Part shown: positions 37,290-51,947 of the stretch, one piece after another
Position numbering within the stretch: the stretch's first letter is position 1
Layout: every line of letters begins with the position of its first letter
Made by a program: the position numbers and the translations under genes
Notes under the pieces: generated by a model
Database searches by the model: none
What the model was told of the DNA's origin: nothing
The model's input: the letters and a program-made list of their open reading frames with translations, nothing else
Source of the DNA: Geosiphon pyriformis uo1
Taxonomy: Eukaryota; Fungi; Glomeromycota
NCBI GenBank assembly: GCA_016748015.1
Contig: JAAOMT010000239.1
Location: 683,864 to 747,863 of the forward strand
DNA length: 64,000 nt
Direction: 5' to 3'

Positions 37290-38720
37290 AACTAACCTTT
37301 TGTTTCTTTATTTAATTTTCAAAGTTAAATGACAACTTGTATAAACTTTACCCGAATGAATTACTATCCTTGAACTATTAACCGTTTCTTTTACGTAATT
37401 TTCTGATTTTAATAACTCTACCCTCTCATTTGAAGACTCAGGCCGATATAGCTTTCCCAGCTCATCCAAGTTTTTTTTTGAAGCTCATTCAACTTCCAGT
37501 AAACTTCTTTAGCAGTAGGACGATTCTTAGGATTAGTATCCAAACACTTTTCGATGAATTCAGCAATTGAAGGTGGAATAAAGGGGGAGGTAATCTTAGG
37601 CCTTTGACCATTCAAGATATCCATCACGAGAAAGCGATCATGAAAGAGAGGAGAAAAAAAAAATATATGGAGTAATTCCATACATTTCACCAGAAGTTTT
37701 AATAGGAGAAAAATTTACGATAGCTGGTGACATTTATAGTTTTGCCATATTATTATGGGAATTGGCAACAGGAATGCCCGCTAGTGCTGTTGTTTCCGAA
37801 TTTAATGTTTCATTGTTTGGTGCTGCTGTTTTATTATTTTTAGGTTGACATAATCCGAGGTCTCTAATATTCACATAAATTTCAGGATAATCATAATGTA
37901 GGATGTTGCCCGAGTGTAGGTAAGAATGAACCATACCAGCAGAATAAATTATAATAAGTCTTTTGGCAATACTAATTGGTATCAATAATTTAATACGCCA
38001 AGACATGGAATGAAATTCTGTTGATAAATACTTTCGCATGCCTTCATATATAGCAAATTCATCACAATCCCATACTCGAGTGTTTCAGGGTTTTGCGTAA
38101 CTTCTTATATTTTAGAGATATAGTCTTGGTCAACAACATTATTAATAAATATAGCTCTTTGAATGCATACCTATCAGAAGAGAAGAGAAGAGAAGAGAAG
38201 AGAAGAGAAGAGAAGAGAAAATAAATAAATAAATATTTAATTCAATTAATTGAACATTTAAATGATTTTAAATAATAATAATAATTTAATTACCTCTTTA
38301 AAGAGTTCTTCAATGTTCTGCAAAGATGTTTTTATAAATTTTATTGCTACTTCTTCCCATCCATTTCTTTTATATTTGATTGAAACATTATGTTTTATAC
38401 TCCACCCATCAATATACGTTACTCTATAAATTGTACCAAATCCTCCCTCGCCAATTTTGTTGATATTCTTTAAACGTTCCCAAAGGAATCCATTCATAAT
38501 AAATTAATTAATTTTATTTACGCAAATAGATTGGAAACTTAATTATTTCATCAAATACTTTATTCCCGCTTGAAAAGTCCTTGTAAAAATTTAAAAAAAA
38601 TAAGAACTGGCATATCGCACACTTATTCTCTTTATTATTTTTAATGCTCTCTTAACACTCTTCACACTCGTCGCAATCATGAGCTTCTGGACGAGTTCTT
38701 TTAATTTCAAGTTTTTCCAT
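37290..38720 (-). pseudogene. Kinase paralogue 4, frameshifted pseudogene
   Basis: Fragments GEGGFG, VAIK, HSYLHSGN (HRD lost), RDLG, RPTA lie in different frames; internal rearrangement; (AGAAG)n in the intron. Confidence 0.85.
38177..38219. repeat. (AGAAG)n microsatellite in kinase pseudogene intron
   Basis: Seen directly. Confidence 0.9.
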
Positions 38721-39396
38721 GGTTTAAATAAAATCTGAATAACTATTGTGAGAACGTCAATAAAATAGATCTTTTTTTTTTATAAAAGCTTTTCTCAATA
38801 GTAAGACGGGACTCGTGAAGATAGTTAACAAATCAAAATTAAAAAATCACATTTCATATAATTTTTAATTCTCAATATATTTTTCATATATTATAATTTT
38901 TGCTACAATTAACCTATTAAAAAGCTTTTAAATTGCAAATTTTTATTTTTAAAAATATTTATTATGGATTTTTGTTTTTGATTTATATAAAAATGAAAAT
39001 GAAAATGAAAATAAATGAAAATAATAATTATGAATAAAGAATTTTCACGCGCATTTTTTTTATTTTAATACATATTGTTATAAATAAGTTTTAAAACATA
39101 ATAATAAAACATATTGTTGTTAATTTTTTCTTTGTTTTATAAATTTTTAAAACACTCAAAATTATTTTCCTAATTATTATATTTTTATAAGTATCAATAT
39201 AATGAGTTTATTTAATATGTTTAGAAAAGTTTTTTATTTATAAATGCAAATTATTTAAAATATGAGATCTTCGAATTGATGTATCAATAAATATCTAAAC
39301 ATTGTAAAATGTCTATTACAAATATTGCTGTAAATTCTTGAAAAAAGGAAAAACATGTCGAGGCTCTTAACGTAAAAACATTATTTTATTCTAAAT

Positions 39397-41347
39397 CTAC
39401 CTTACACTTTTAGCATAATCGATATCCCCTTGCAACTGTCGTAACTCACGTTCACTATCACTCAGATATGTGTCTAGTATACTCATCTGTGTTTTTAGCG
39501 TCTGTATATTATCCTCTAATTCATGAATTGCAGCTCGTTCTTTCTTAATATGTTCTTCGAGCAACGATGATTTGCTTTTTCCACTGATATCTTTTAAAGC
39601 CGATAATTGTTTTTGTTTGTACTCATAAAGTTGTCGAAATTCTGTTTTTACTGCTGAAGAATTGGAAGAAGTAAGGGCAGTAGTGTAAGTTGATAATGCT
39701 TTCTCTTCGGCCCTTTGAAGTTTTTCATTTAATTCCGCTAATTCTCGGAGCAATTGTTCTTCTTCCCTGTTTGTCCCGCCTCCTAAAATGATAAATTACA
39801 TATAAATAAAATAATTCGAAAAGTAATAATATTTCAGGATACTTTACCTCTATGAATGGATCTTGGTGATCCCTTATTACTTGATGTTGCCCTACGCGTA
39901 GTAGATGTAGGATCTAGAGTCTCATTGTAGTTATAATTAAGCTTTCCACGTACCAAAGATGTTTGCAAGGCTTTTGGTAAAACATTGGGTATTCTTTTTC
40001 CTTTGCTTCGCTCATTCAAAATATGCAAAAAAACGAGGCAGGCATCTTTTCCAAGCTTTTGTTCAAAATTAACATCCACAAGACTCCTAAATAATATGTA
40101 TTAAGATTTTTCAAAAATGCCAGTTTGAAAAAACATCATTAATATTTGGGAAAAATTTTTGACATTGAACCATGCTTCTATGCATTCTTCTCTTGGTATT
40201 CCAAGTGTTTCATAGAGATCATCGAAAAAAGCAACTAAACAATAAATAAAGAAGATTTCAAACATCAATCGAACTTTTCCTGAATAGCCAAAAATTATTT
40301 ACTAACTGATAATTACATCGTACATATCCATGAGGACCCACATGGCTCGAATATTGATTTTCGTAATTGAATTTATCAGCGGGCGGCATATACCAATCGA
40401 AATCATCAGTCAAAGGGGCCGTCGGAAAATTACCCAACTTTAAATGAGAACAAAATAATATTTATTTACATCAAACATGGGAAAAAATGAAACATAAATA
40501 CGAAATTCTCCAATACCTGATGTCGTTGAAGGGTAGGCGGTGGGGGTACTGGTGGAGGAATTTGCGAATACTTCAAAATATTGATAACTATACATTATAT
40601 TGAATCCTTAAAATTATGAAAAAAAACTCAAGGCAGGGTAAAAATAATAAAACAAAACCTGAAGTTGAGAGGGTGATGGAGGTACAGGTGGGGGAACTTG
40701 TGAATACTGTTGTTGTTGTCGCTGCTGCTGCTGCTGTTGCTGTTGTTGTGACATTAATCCAATCCCAGCAGAATATCCACCACCACCACCACCACCACCA
40801 CTACTACTACCTCCTCCACTGATAAAATTCCCCCCACCACCTCCAATAAAATTTCCACCACCCTGAATTATGTTTCCTCGCGAGAATAAGTGAATTTTAC
40901 TTTGAGGAATAAGATGCGCTGGAAGTGCTGGCGGAACATCAGGGTAAACGCCGGCCAACAAATCATTAACTAATCTGTACGTAACCGAAAATTCATCAAA
41001 ATCAAGGTTACCGTCCTTATCTATGTCGCATAGATCCCTGAGCAGAGGGCAAAAGGGAAAATGAATGGGTCTTTGAGATGGTTTAAATGAAAAAACCAAG
41101 GCTTTCAACTTACCATATTTTTTCGAGTTTGTTCACCGGGATATTAGAGTTTACGAGCCATTTGTGTGCTTGGGCACCTTTAAATCAACATTATTTTACA
41201 AACGGAAAAAGTTAAAAACTGGTAATGAACAAAACCAACTTCATTAAAACAGATGAGAGTCATACCAGTAAGATATCCATTAATAGGGCCAAGTTGGGTA
41301 AACATGGAAAAATATTGTCGTTTTTCTGCCTCGCTTATACCACTCAT
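39397..41347 (-). CDS. END3: EH-domain endocytic protein End3-like
   Basis: MSGISEAEKRQYFSMF..P.NGYLT, IWDLCDIDKDGNLDFDEF, DDFDWYMPPADK, WSLVDVNFEQKL..LVFLHILNER..G.RIP, C-terminal coiled coil; poly-G/poly-Q linker. Confidence 0.82.
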
Positions 41348-41654
41348 TTTCAAAAAGATAACTGTTAAAAGAAGGAAAATTGCAAAATATAAATAGGTTT
41401 TGGTGAAGGTAAAATCTGGCATACAAGTAATGTTTCTTATTATTGCCGATGCAACTGTACAGTTGGTCACACTGATGATCCAACTTTTTGCTTATTAAAA
41501 ACTATTTGTGATTTGCTATGTCTTACTTTCTCACTGCTTCTCGTAAAAGTTCAAAACAACCACAAGTTTCCCTTCTCTTTCAAAATTTTTAGTATTTACC
41601 CGTGACTGTTTTGTCAGTGAGGTTTGGGGTAGCGAAAAAGAAAAAGTCAAGAAC

Positions 41655-42315
41655 ATGTCAGATTTGCAACAGTACGTTGATCGTATCCTTTTTTTTTTGC
41701 CAACAAGAGTTGATTGGGCTGTTTTGGAGTATATACTCGATTAGAGTGAAAGGAAATAATTAATATTGATGTGAATCGAGCAATAAAGGTTATCATGAAA
41801 TCTTCCTTTGTGGATTCAAGGATTCATCATACTCTCTTCATAACTGCGCCTCAAATTCCAAATAAATTCCTTGACATCTTTTTCACCAAATTATTTCAAG
41901 AATCTGTGGAAATTATCACCGTTGATGGGCGCGTTATAGTGGTAAGGATATAAAAATGGTCATAATATGGTTTCCTTATGAATTATTAACATCTCAATTG
42001 CCTTTCATTTGTTGAAGGGAACCTTAAAAGGTTTCGATCAGACGACCAATATTATACTTTCTGGATGCCACGAACGTGTGTTCTCGGAGACAGAAGGTGT
42101 TGAGAAGGTGCCCCTTGGATTGTACATAATACGCGGGGATAATATGTAAGATGAACAATCAAGTTTAACAATCGGATTAAGTTTCTTTATCTCATTTCTT
42201 AGTTTGTTGAATACTTTGCAGATGCGTTGTAGGTGAACTAGATACGGAACGAGATGAGGCAATTGACTATTCAGAGATCAGAGCTCCACAATTACTTGAT
42301 ATGTCAAGACGTTAA
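41655..42315 (+). CDS. LSM8: U6 snRNA-associated Sm-like protein LSm8
   Basis: Four exons: MSDLQQYVDQ/SVEIITVDGRVIV/GTLKGFDQTTNIILSGCHERVFSETEGVEKVPLGLYIIRGDN/ICVVGELD...*. Not in the ORF track because exons are short. Confidence 0.9.
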
Positions 42316-42829
42316 TTTTTTGAAGAAAAAATAAGGCATGGTTTACTAGTTTTTGCTGACAAGATCTTTTTGTAAATATATAGATAATCATTATACAAAT
42401 TTACTGATATTTCTTAACTTGGAGATTTTAAGAAATTTGTGGATTATTTCCTGATTCAAAGAATGAGGTTTAATGTTAATAGTTTTATCCAAATGGAGAC
42501 AATTGTGAACTTCCACCAAAATTTATTTTTTAAAATCATTATTCTTGATTGAAATCCTAACAATATCGGTAAAATTGGGTTTTTCTTGCTTTTACAAAAT
42601 TTCATTTTAGCTTTGGTTTGGAGGCAAGCATTTTAGGTAGCCTCAGGATTCATTATAATGAAAATTTCCTATTTGGTCAATTGATTTTTACGTTAACTTT
42701 CAAATGAAAAGATTTGCTCATCAATAAAAAAATATTAATCAATTGCTTGATAATTGCTTATCAGGTGCCCTCTTTTCTGAGTCCCTCAGCATTAGCATAT
42801 TTTAGTCAGGAATTCAATAGTTTTTTGAT

Positions 42830-43200
42830 GACATGACCGAGGGCACATTTATTATCAATGCAGTAGCTCCCATCATCAATGAAGCTTTTGTTCACGGGCA
42901 CAATCTTCCAGGATATTCTTGCAGTTAACAAAGTCTTAATCTGCCGCATGCAGAGAAGGAGAGCTTCTAGCTACTAAAGAAGTGCAGGGCAAAAGCGCAA
43001 AGAAAAGGTAACAGCAGCCCGTGGCAAACGCTAGAAGACGGAAGGCATCTTCAACCGCACTTTACTAGTTAAGATGCATCCCAGCTACCTTAAAAGCAGC
43101 TATTGAAGTGATGGATGGGCTTGGCGAGATTTGCCTTTAATATTTGGTGGGATGGAGCAGGCTTCGCATCATTATGAAACAAGATGTATCACGGAACAAA
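42830..43200 (+). pseudogene. Possible decayed PD-(D/E)XK-like gene fragment
   Basis: MTEGTFIINAVAPIINEAF...REGELLAT...GRGKR resembles the E..(Y/F)....P.I / GE..L.AS / GRK.D series of the 859-2776 family; broken by stops. Confidence 0.35.
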
Positions 43201-43549
43201 GGGTGGTTAAAACCCATGACGTTTCAACCAAAAACATCTTTTCGATGATGTTTCGGTTATCTGGGCGAACCAAAGTTTTGTAGAGCCGTCATGTGTTTTG
43301 CCATGCCACTGTTTCCTACTTGGTAACAGCGAAGTCGTCACTTGAAAGGAAAAAATACATCAAGAAAACCTTGTACACTTTACATGGTATGTCAAAAAAA
43401 ACGCGACTGAAAAATATGTACACCATCAAGTATAGAGATTCTTTGTCAGAAGTAAAATAATCTGTTGCAATCTGCTATGATCAAGTTAGGCGTACATTGC
43501 TTTGCAATATACAATAAATGTGAATTGATTATTTATTAATGGATATTTA

Positions 43550-43860
43550 TACAGTTGGATTCAATAGTGACCAGTGCCGAGTAAAATATCTATTTCCTGC
43601 ATGACCTCAGGAGAGGAACAAAGCTTCATCAAGCAATTTCAGGAAGAGTTTCTGTCCATTACAATCCTGAAATTCCGGCATTGTATACCTCAGACCCTTT
43701 AATCCTCTATGTTACCACACTAGCTATAAGTCTTGGATCTATAGACTTCATTTCGGGTGACAACACAAACTCCCAACTCCTCGCCCTTGGCCTTGGTTCC
43801 AGCAGACTATTTTCCGACAGTCTTTTGTCGCCTTATGATTCCTCATGTCTGACACCTCAT
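43550..43860. repeat. Dispersed repeat, copy 3
   Basis: Similarity to 15060-15330 and 30490-30745. Confidence 0.65.
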
Positions 43861-44774
43861 AATCTGCTTAGATAGACATCCGAGTTAAGCCTAAAATAGT
43901 CAAATCATACATGCAAGCAAAAATTACTTTTTTGATAATAGGAAAAACAGTACAGAAACATATATTTTTATTTGAGCAAATAAATTTAACTGAAAAATCT
44001 TGGATTCATGTTTCGAGTGATTTTTAAGCACAAATATCATTGCATTCGTAAAATATTACAACAAGGAAAATCTCATCAGAGTTCGATTCAATTTCCCTTT
44101 TATTAAGACAGAAAGAGTTGAGGGTTAACTTATAATGGGAAGAGGCTCCTTTAAACTTCGAAACTAAGCCCAAAAACAATAAGTGGCTTATCCGTGGAAG
44201 ATTAAATCTGATGGTAAACTGGCATATTCTTGAAAATCAAAAAATCGGTTTCCTGGGTTTATAAGACACAAAGACAAGTTTAAAAAACCTAAGCGGAAAG
44301 CAATTCTATTGATCTTGGCTGTCTTTATTTAAAAGCATAAGGAGCGCAGGGCCTGACAACTCGACAAAACAGCCCCCACATGAAAAGAATTGCGCATCTT
44401 TAAAGTAAGATCGATCATCCTCTTAATTTGCGAATTTGGCCCAATCTTCATCTCGCCGCCTGGATAAAATCAAGATCATAATAGATTTCGATTCTGGATA
44501 AAATCGTGATACAGTAGGTTTCTATTCTGGATGAAATCATAAATTGGAAAATATTAATTTCTATTTTCGGGTATTTCTAAAGAAACCTTTTTATTATTAG
44601 ACCTTCTATTGGACAAATAAGGTTTGATTAAACGTTTGAGTAATTTTGGAAAATGTATTTAAAGACACCTTGACCTTTTTCTTTTTGAGGTATCTGAGAT
44701 TTTAAAGCCAGATATAACAGCTACTTTTAATTCCTTTGAATATTCTTTTTCTAAATTTAATTTTATCTTGCAAA

Positions 44775-46519
44775 ATGTCTTCTTCAATTCCTCTTCGTCA
44801 ACTTGGTAAAACTGGTACCATGATTCCTGCCATTGGATTGGGTTGCATGGTTAATTCATTTTCATTTTTGAATCTGAAATCAATTCGAGTACACACCATT
44901 TCTAAATAGGATTAATTATTTGATAATAGGGAATGAGCGAATTTTATGGAAGTGCTGATGATGCTCAAAGTCTCAAAGTGTTGGAACGTGCCATTGAATT
45001 GGGGTGCGCTTTTTGGAACACTTCTGATATGTATGGAAAGGGACATAATGAAGTATGTACATATTATTAAAATGTTGAGATTTGTTTAAAAAATAATGTG
45101 ACCAATTATTATTTGGTAAATCTAGGAATTGATTGGCAAGGTACTCAAAGAACATCGAAATGAAGTGTTTATTGCAACCAAATTCGGTTTGTTTTTGAAT
45201 TTTTTTTGATTGGGTTCTTCCATTTCAATTAGGATATTTCCAATTTAACTATTTTTTTTTGAAGGTGTTGTTCGTGAAACTAATTACGGTTTCGATGGTA
45301 GACCAGAATATGTTCGTGAAGCTTGTGAAAAGAGTTTGAAAAGATTAGGTATTGATCAAATTGATCTTTATATTCAGCATCGGGTTGATCCTCGAACGTA
45401 AATATATTAAATTTCGTAATTGCTAAAATTCAATCTCTTCCGTATATTCTATGAAAGTCTTGTATATCCAATTATTTGCTTCAATTCCTGCATTTACATT
45501 TCTATATAGGCCAATCGAAGAGACTGTAAGGGCACTAGCAGAACTCGTGAAGGAAGGAAAAGTAAAATATATTGGATTATCTGAATGCAGCGCAGCTAAT
45601 CTTCGTCGTGCTTATAAAGTTCATCCAATTGCAGCTCTTGAGGTAAAATATCTGATTTTAGAATGGAGGAAAATAAGTTTTATTTCTTCATGATTTTTAA
45701 CTTTCCTTATTTAGATTGAATATAGCCCTTGGACTCTTGATATCGAAGAAAATGGAATCCTTGAAGCGTGTAGAGAATTAGGTGTTACGATTATAGCATA
45801 TAGTCCATTGGGACGCGGGTTCTTAACTGTAAGTCAAGTTTTAGTTCATTAAGACTCTTAACTCTTTTCTTTTAATCAGTATGATTAACTTAAAAATCTT
45901 TCACAAATGGCAGGGACAATATAGACGATTTTGCTCTAGACGATTACCGAATAACAAATCCACGTTTTGAAGGTGAAAATTTCCAAAAAAATATCGAACT
46001 CGTAAATCAATTTGAGACTTTAGCAAAGAAAAAAGGGATCTCAAACAGTGAACTATGTTTGGCTTGGGTTTTAGCTCAGGTATGAAAAATGGTTATTTGT
46101 TTCTCAAATTAGTGAAAAATATTGTTAAAAGTCTTGAATTTATTTTTACAGGGAGAGGAATTTGTGGTTATTCCGGGAACTAGGAACATCAAGTAAGTTT
46201 TTCTCGAGAATTGACTGTTTATTTGTTTAGTTTAAGTTTCCTGAAACCTCTCAAACCTTTTGCACCTTATTCTAATTTATCTAAAAATTTCAGATATCTT
46301 GAAGAGAATGTTGGAGCCGGAAAGGTACAATTAACACCTGAAGAAATTGCCGAAATTCGGGATGTGATTAATTCTATTAATATTTTCGGGGAACGATATC
46401 CTGATATTCTTTTGAAGGTAAACTTTTTTTGGGCATTGCTTGTTTCGTAAAATCCTAGCATTAATCGTAGTGTATTCTTTTAAATTTAAAATTTTTAGAC
46501 TCTCGATTCAAGAAATTAG
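44775..46519 (+). pseudogene. Aldo-keto reductase (YakC/AKR13-like), copy 2; 8-nt exonic deletion causes a frameshift
   Basis: Near-identical to 31801-33679, introns included. aagtcaat is missing after 45922, giving TGA at 45968. Confidence 0.8.
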
Positions 46520-47199
46520 AATTATCAACAATATTGAAACTTTTTTATACTTGAATAGATTAGCTAATTGTAACTTTTCTTCTTTGTTAATAAATAATAA
46601 ATAGTTAATTAGCTATTAAAAAGCAGTAATGGCATTGTTATAAAATGAAATAAAAACTAAAAAAAACTTTTTTGGTTAATGTATGCAGGTGTGAGCACAA
46701 GAATTAATAGTTTAATGTCTAAAAAGTTGTAATACTAGTAACCTAAAGTTAAAAGTTGATTTTGCCAAATAAACAATCTTATTTTATTTTTAATAACAAG
46801 ATAGAAGTTGTACAATTAAAAAATTAAAATTTCCCAATTTCGCACCTTTGGGCGATTCTCCTTTTTTTTGTAATGATTGAAGATTATCTTGCATACATTG
46901 TAATCCTTAACTATAATTCTTAATAACTATTTTGTTCACGTGATCCTCGACGAGAGTGATTACGATGTAAAGGTTTAATAGAATTGAAGTAATATGTGTA
47001 AAACCTTTAGAAAAATCATTAAATTTACAAAGTTAAAAGATGATTTATATGAACTGCTTTTGGATGAAATTATTGTTGGAGTTTTTGTTTGTTTGTTTGT
47101 TTCCTTATCGTCACCTTCCGCATTTTCTTTTGTGTATTTTTTCGACTCCTTAAACTGTATACTCACGTTTACAGGCTTATCACAAAAATTTAAAAGTTC

Positions 47200-47965
47200 T
47201 TCCAAAGTTCAACAGTAGAACAATTTTTAGGGTTGACATCCCAACACTTTTCCAAATATTTTAGCAATCGTAATATTAAGTCTAATATCATTAAAACAAT
47301 TTCATCATGAGAAAGCAATCGTGAGGAATATGATAAAAAGGAGCCTTTTCTGTTACCAATTCCCATCAAAACTATAAATATCCCCGACTGTCAAAAAAAA
47401 ATTTCCACTTAAAACTTCTGGTTGAATGTATAGAATTACTTCATATATTCCTCTTTTTCTCCTCTGTTGCTATTGTTTTTTCATTTTTTGATGTTTAATT
47501 TTTTGCTGGTTAGATAAATTCCAGGATAATATAGGATGTTACCTAAGTGTAGGTCACGAGGAACCATACCAGCAGAATATAGTTCTTTGAATATTTAACT
47601 AAATTAAGTAAATAAATAATAATAATTTGATTGCCTCTTTTAAAGATGTCTTTCTTAATTTTATTGCTACTTCCATCTCTTTTCCTCATGTTTCATATTC
47701 CATTAAACCATGATAATTTATAATATCAAAACGAATAAATCCATCAATAAAGGCTGCTTTATAAATTGTACCGAATCTTCCCTTTCTAATTTTGTTGATA
47801 TTTGACAAACTCTCTCATGGAATTCACTCATAATAATTAAGAATGTTCGGTAGGTGAAGTATAGATTGGATTCTTAATTATTTCATCAACTACTTTACTT
47901 CCACTTGATAAAGTTTTTTCAAAAAATAAGAATTTGCATGCTTCACACTTATTCACTCCATTTCG
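47200..47965 (-). pseudogene. Kinase paralogue 5, deleted/decayed pseudogene
   Basis: Colinear patches with 28912-30323; multiple deletions and stops. Confidence 0.8.
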
Positions 47966-50446
47966 AATAGGTTAAAACACGAAGAATAATCTTAATCCTT
48001 TTTTACATGCTATTTTAAATTATCTTGTTTAAACTAATTCATAAATTCATAAATTACCACTTCTTTCTGAATCACAAATAATTTGCTTAATAATGTAACT
48101 TTTTTTTAACTGAAGAATTATATGAAAATAAACATGGTTTAATTTTTCTCAATAAACTCAATATATTCAAATTTTATTTAAAATGAATTTGCATAAAAGT
48201 TTTAAATTTAAATTTGAAAATAAATTAATTAATTTACTAAAATTGATAACTAGTCAATTTTAAATTAAAGATTTAAATAATAATTAATAAATATAAAATA
48301 ATAACATATATTAATTAATAATAAAAATTAAAAAAGCAATTTATGTTAATTTTAACTCAAGTTTCAATTAATAACATCAAATTATTATTATTATTATTAT
48401 AAATTAGTTAATTATTAATTAAAACATTAAATATATGTAATATAATACAAATATATAAAATAATAATTATATTAAACCAATATAAATAATAATATATAAA
48501 TATATATACTTAAATATAACAACATATAATTGTTAAGAAATTTGTTTTTTAAATTTGTTTTTTTATAATATATATTTTTAATATAAAATTATATTGTATT
48601 TAAACTTATAAATTATTATAAAAAATATTATTTAAAATATTAAAACTACTTAAAAATTTTAAAAATTATTTAATAATTAAACAAATATAATTAAATTTTT
48701 TAAATATATACTTTTAAAAAACATATCTTTTTAAATAAACTAGTTTTATAATAAAAAAATTATTTTTTTTAATTTACTTTAATAAAATTTATAAATAATT
48801 TTTAATTTTATATATAATAATATATTTAATTATTATTATTTTTTAAAAAAAACACCAAATATTTAAAAAAATTATTTTAATTTTAATTTTTTATATAGTT
48901 TATTACAATTTTTGTAAATTTTTTTGTTTAAAAATATAGTTTTTTAAAATAATTTACAAAATAATAATTTATAAATTATTAATATGTTAAACTTTGATTT
49001 TTTTTAAACAAAATCAATATTTTTCTCATTTTCTAAAAATAAAACAAATTAAGCAATTATTTACAACTTATTTACTTTTAATATAAAATATATATATAAT
49101 TCTTTTTTTTTAAAAAAATTCAGTGAAATTATTTTTTAATTCGATGAAAAAAAAAATGAATTATTTATTAAAAAAAAAATTAATTTTTTAAAATGTTTGT
49201 TAATTATTATTGTTAAATTAAATTTTTTTAAGAAAAACGATCTTATAATATATAATTTATTTATTTGTTATTTATTTATTTATTTTATTTATTTACTTAT
49301 TTATTTACAAATATTGTTTGATGCAAAAATTTGGATATAATACATTAATATAATAAATATCTTTTTTTTTGGAAAAATCAATATTAAAATTTTTTTATTA
49401 TATCCCCAAATGATTTTTGTATATAATAAAATTATTATTGTTGAAATTGTTTTTCTGCATAAATTCTAGAAAATGGTTTTGATTTTTTGCTTAGTATCAT
49501 AAAGAATTATTTGAGTTTTTAATTTTTTTGAGATTTATTTTAATTTCTAACAAAGAAAAAATAACGATAAATTTTATTCTAAATAAATAAATAAATTGAT
49601 GACTAATTTAAAAGTTATTATATATATTTAATATAATCAATCAGTTAAAAATAACACTGTGAAAAATCATTTTTGTTTATTGAAAAAAAAATAATGATGA
49701 TGAAATTGAAAACTTCAATTTTTAATTGGTTTAAAAATAGTGTTAATCCATCAATATTTTAACGACATAAATAAACAACTTTTTAATTAATCTATAATCA
49801 TATTTAAATTTATGATAAAAATTAATAAACCTACCATTTATTAGTAAATGAAATAAAAGGATACTAAATTAAAATATGTTTATATTTCATAATTGCCTTG
49901 ATTATAACTAATATATATATTACAGTCCTAATTATAATGGCGATAGGCATGCATTTATTGCAAGCGCTTCTTCTTGAAGCTTTTAGTGAACAGAGGGATA
50001 AATAAAAATGATGGCGACGGGAATAAATATAAGATTTGATGATATCAAAAATAAAATTTACGTGTCGGCCTTTTTTGGAATTTAGAAACACGATAAGTTT
50101 TGGCCCTCGCAGAATGTGCATCACACGAAGTGTAAATATTTTTTATTAGTATTGTTGTTGTTATATAAAAGAAATTGAACTATTCATTTAATTTAGGTAA
50201 CAAGACAATGTGACAATGAGAAACTTGTTTAGCGTCTCTGTGCATTATAGCTACTTAGATTTGTAGCGAATCACAGTCTGATGAATAAGGTTAATAAATT
50301 GATTTGTTACACGATGCGAAACAATATAAATAAGAACTCGCCTTTAGGACAAATAACTATAAACGTACTATCAAATAAACCTTTAAAGAAACCCTCTTTG
50401 AATAATAACTTATTCACATTTTATCCTTTGTCCGTTATTTTATATC

Positions 50447-51947
50447 ATGGAAAACAAAGAAATTAAAAGAAAAACTCGTCTATACGCTCATGATTGCAAT
50501 GAATGTCAACGTTGTCAACAGATTATTAAATATAATTCATCTAATGATTGTAGAGCATGCCAGCGCATGTTTTTCAAAAAACATTATAAAGACTTTTCAA
50601 GTGGCAATGAAGAAGTTGATAAAATAATTAAGAAACTAATCTATATTCGTAAACATAATGAATTGAATTACTATGAATGGATTCCATGGGAGCATTTGTC
50701 GAATATCAAAGAAATTGCTAGAGGAGGGTTTGGGATAATTTATAAAGCAACCCTAATTGATGGATTAATATATGTTGGAAGTATAAAACATCATGGTTCA
50801 ATGGAATATGAAAGATATAAAAAAGAGATGGAAGTAGCAATAAAAATTATAAAAACAAACAGTTCAGAAGTGTTTAAAGAGGTAACAAACTATTTATATT
50901 TATATATTAATTTAATTCACATTTACCTATTATTTATTTACTATATATATATTATCTATTTATTTAATCTTTTTTTACACTGTGTTTTGATAGTTAAATA
51001 TTCAAAGAGCTATGTTTATTAATAACGGTGGATATAGAAGTTCTTATGTCTCTAAAATATTGGGGATTACGCGAAACGCTGAAACACTCGAGTATGGAAT
51101 TGTGATGGAGTTTGCCAGACATGGAGATATGCGAAAATATTTATCAACAAATTTTCATTCTACGAGTTGGAAAGATAAATTAGAGTTCGCGTCTGATATA
51201 GCTTCTGGACTTTCTTCAATTCATTCTTCTGGTATGGTTCATCGTGACCTACATTCGGGCAACATCCTACAATTATACGCTAATGTGGTAACTATTGGAG
51301 ACCTCGGATTATGTCAACCTACAAACAATGAAGCAAAAACAACAACAGAGGAAAAAAAGTTATTTGGAGTGATTCCATATATTCCACCAGAAGTTTTAAG
51401 AGGAGAAAAGTTTACAACAGCTGGTGATATTTATAGTTATGGAATGTTATTATGGGAATTATCAACAGGAAAACCTCCTTTTCATGATTGTCCTCATGAC
51501 CAAATCCTTATAATAGCTATTTTAAATGGTCAAAGACCTAATATTACCTCCCCATTTATTCCACCTCCAATTGCTAAACTCATTAAAAGGTGTTGGGATG
51601 CTAATTCTAAGAATCGTCCTACTGCTAGAGAACTTACAGAAAAGTTTATGGAACTTCGATATTTGTATAATTATAATAGGTTTAAAAGATGGATACACTT
51701 TGGGAAATCAGATAAACTAAGAAAAATAGCAAAAAATGACTCGACAACAACAAAGATAGCAATTCATCCAGAAGCAGTTTATACAAGTCGTCTTTTAACT
51801 GCTCAAATGGTCAATTTTTCAACAGGTTTGTTTATTTAATTTATAAAATGATTCATTTTATTTGCTTTAATTACATATTTTAACTTTCTTTTTAAAAAAT
51901 TAGTCTATTTACCTGAGAGTAACAAAGTTGAAGAAAATTTTGAATGA
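50447..51947 (+). CDS. Tyrosine-kinase-like protein kinase, paralogue 6 (intact)
   Basis: Exons ~50447-50881, ~50994-51825 and 51904-51947; all kinase motifs present; closest to paralogue 1. Confidence 0.9.
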
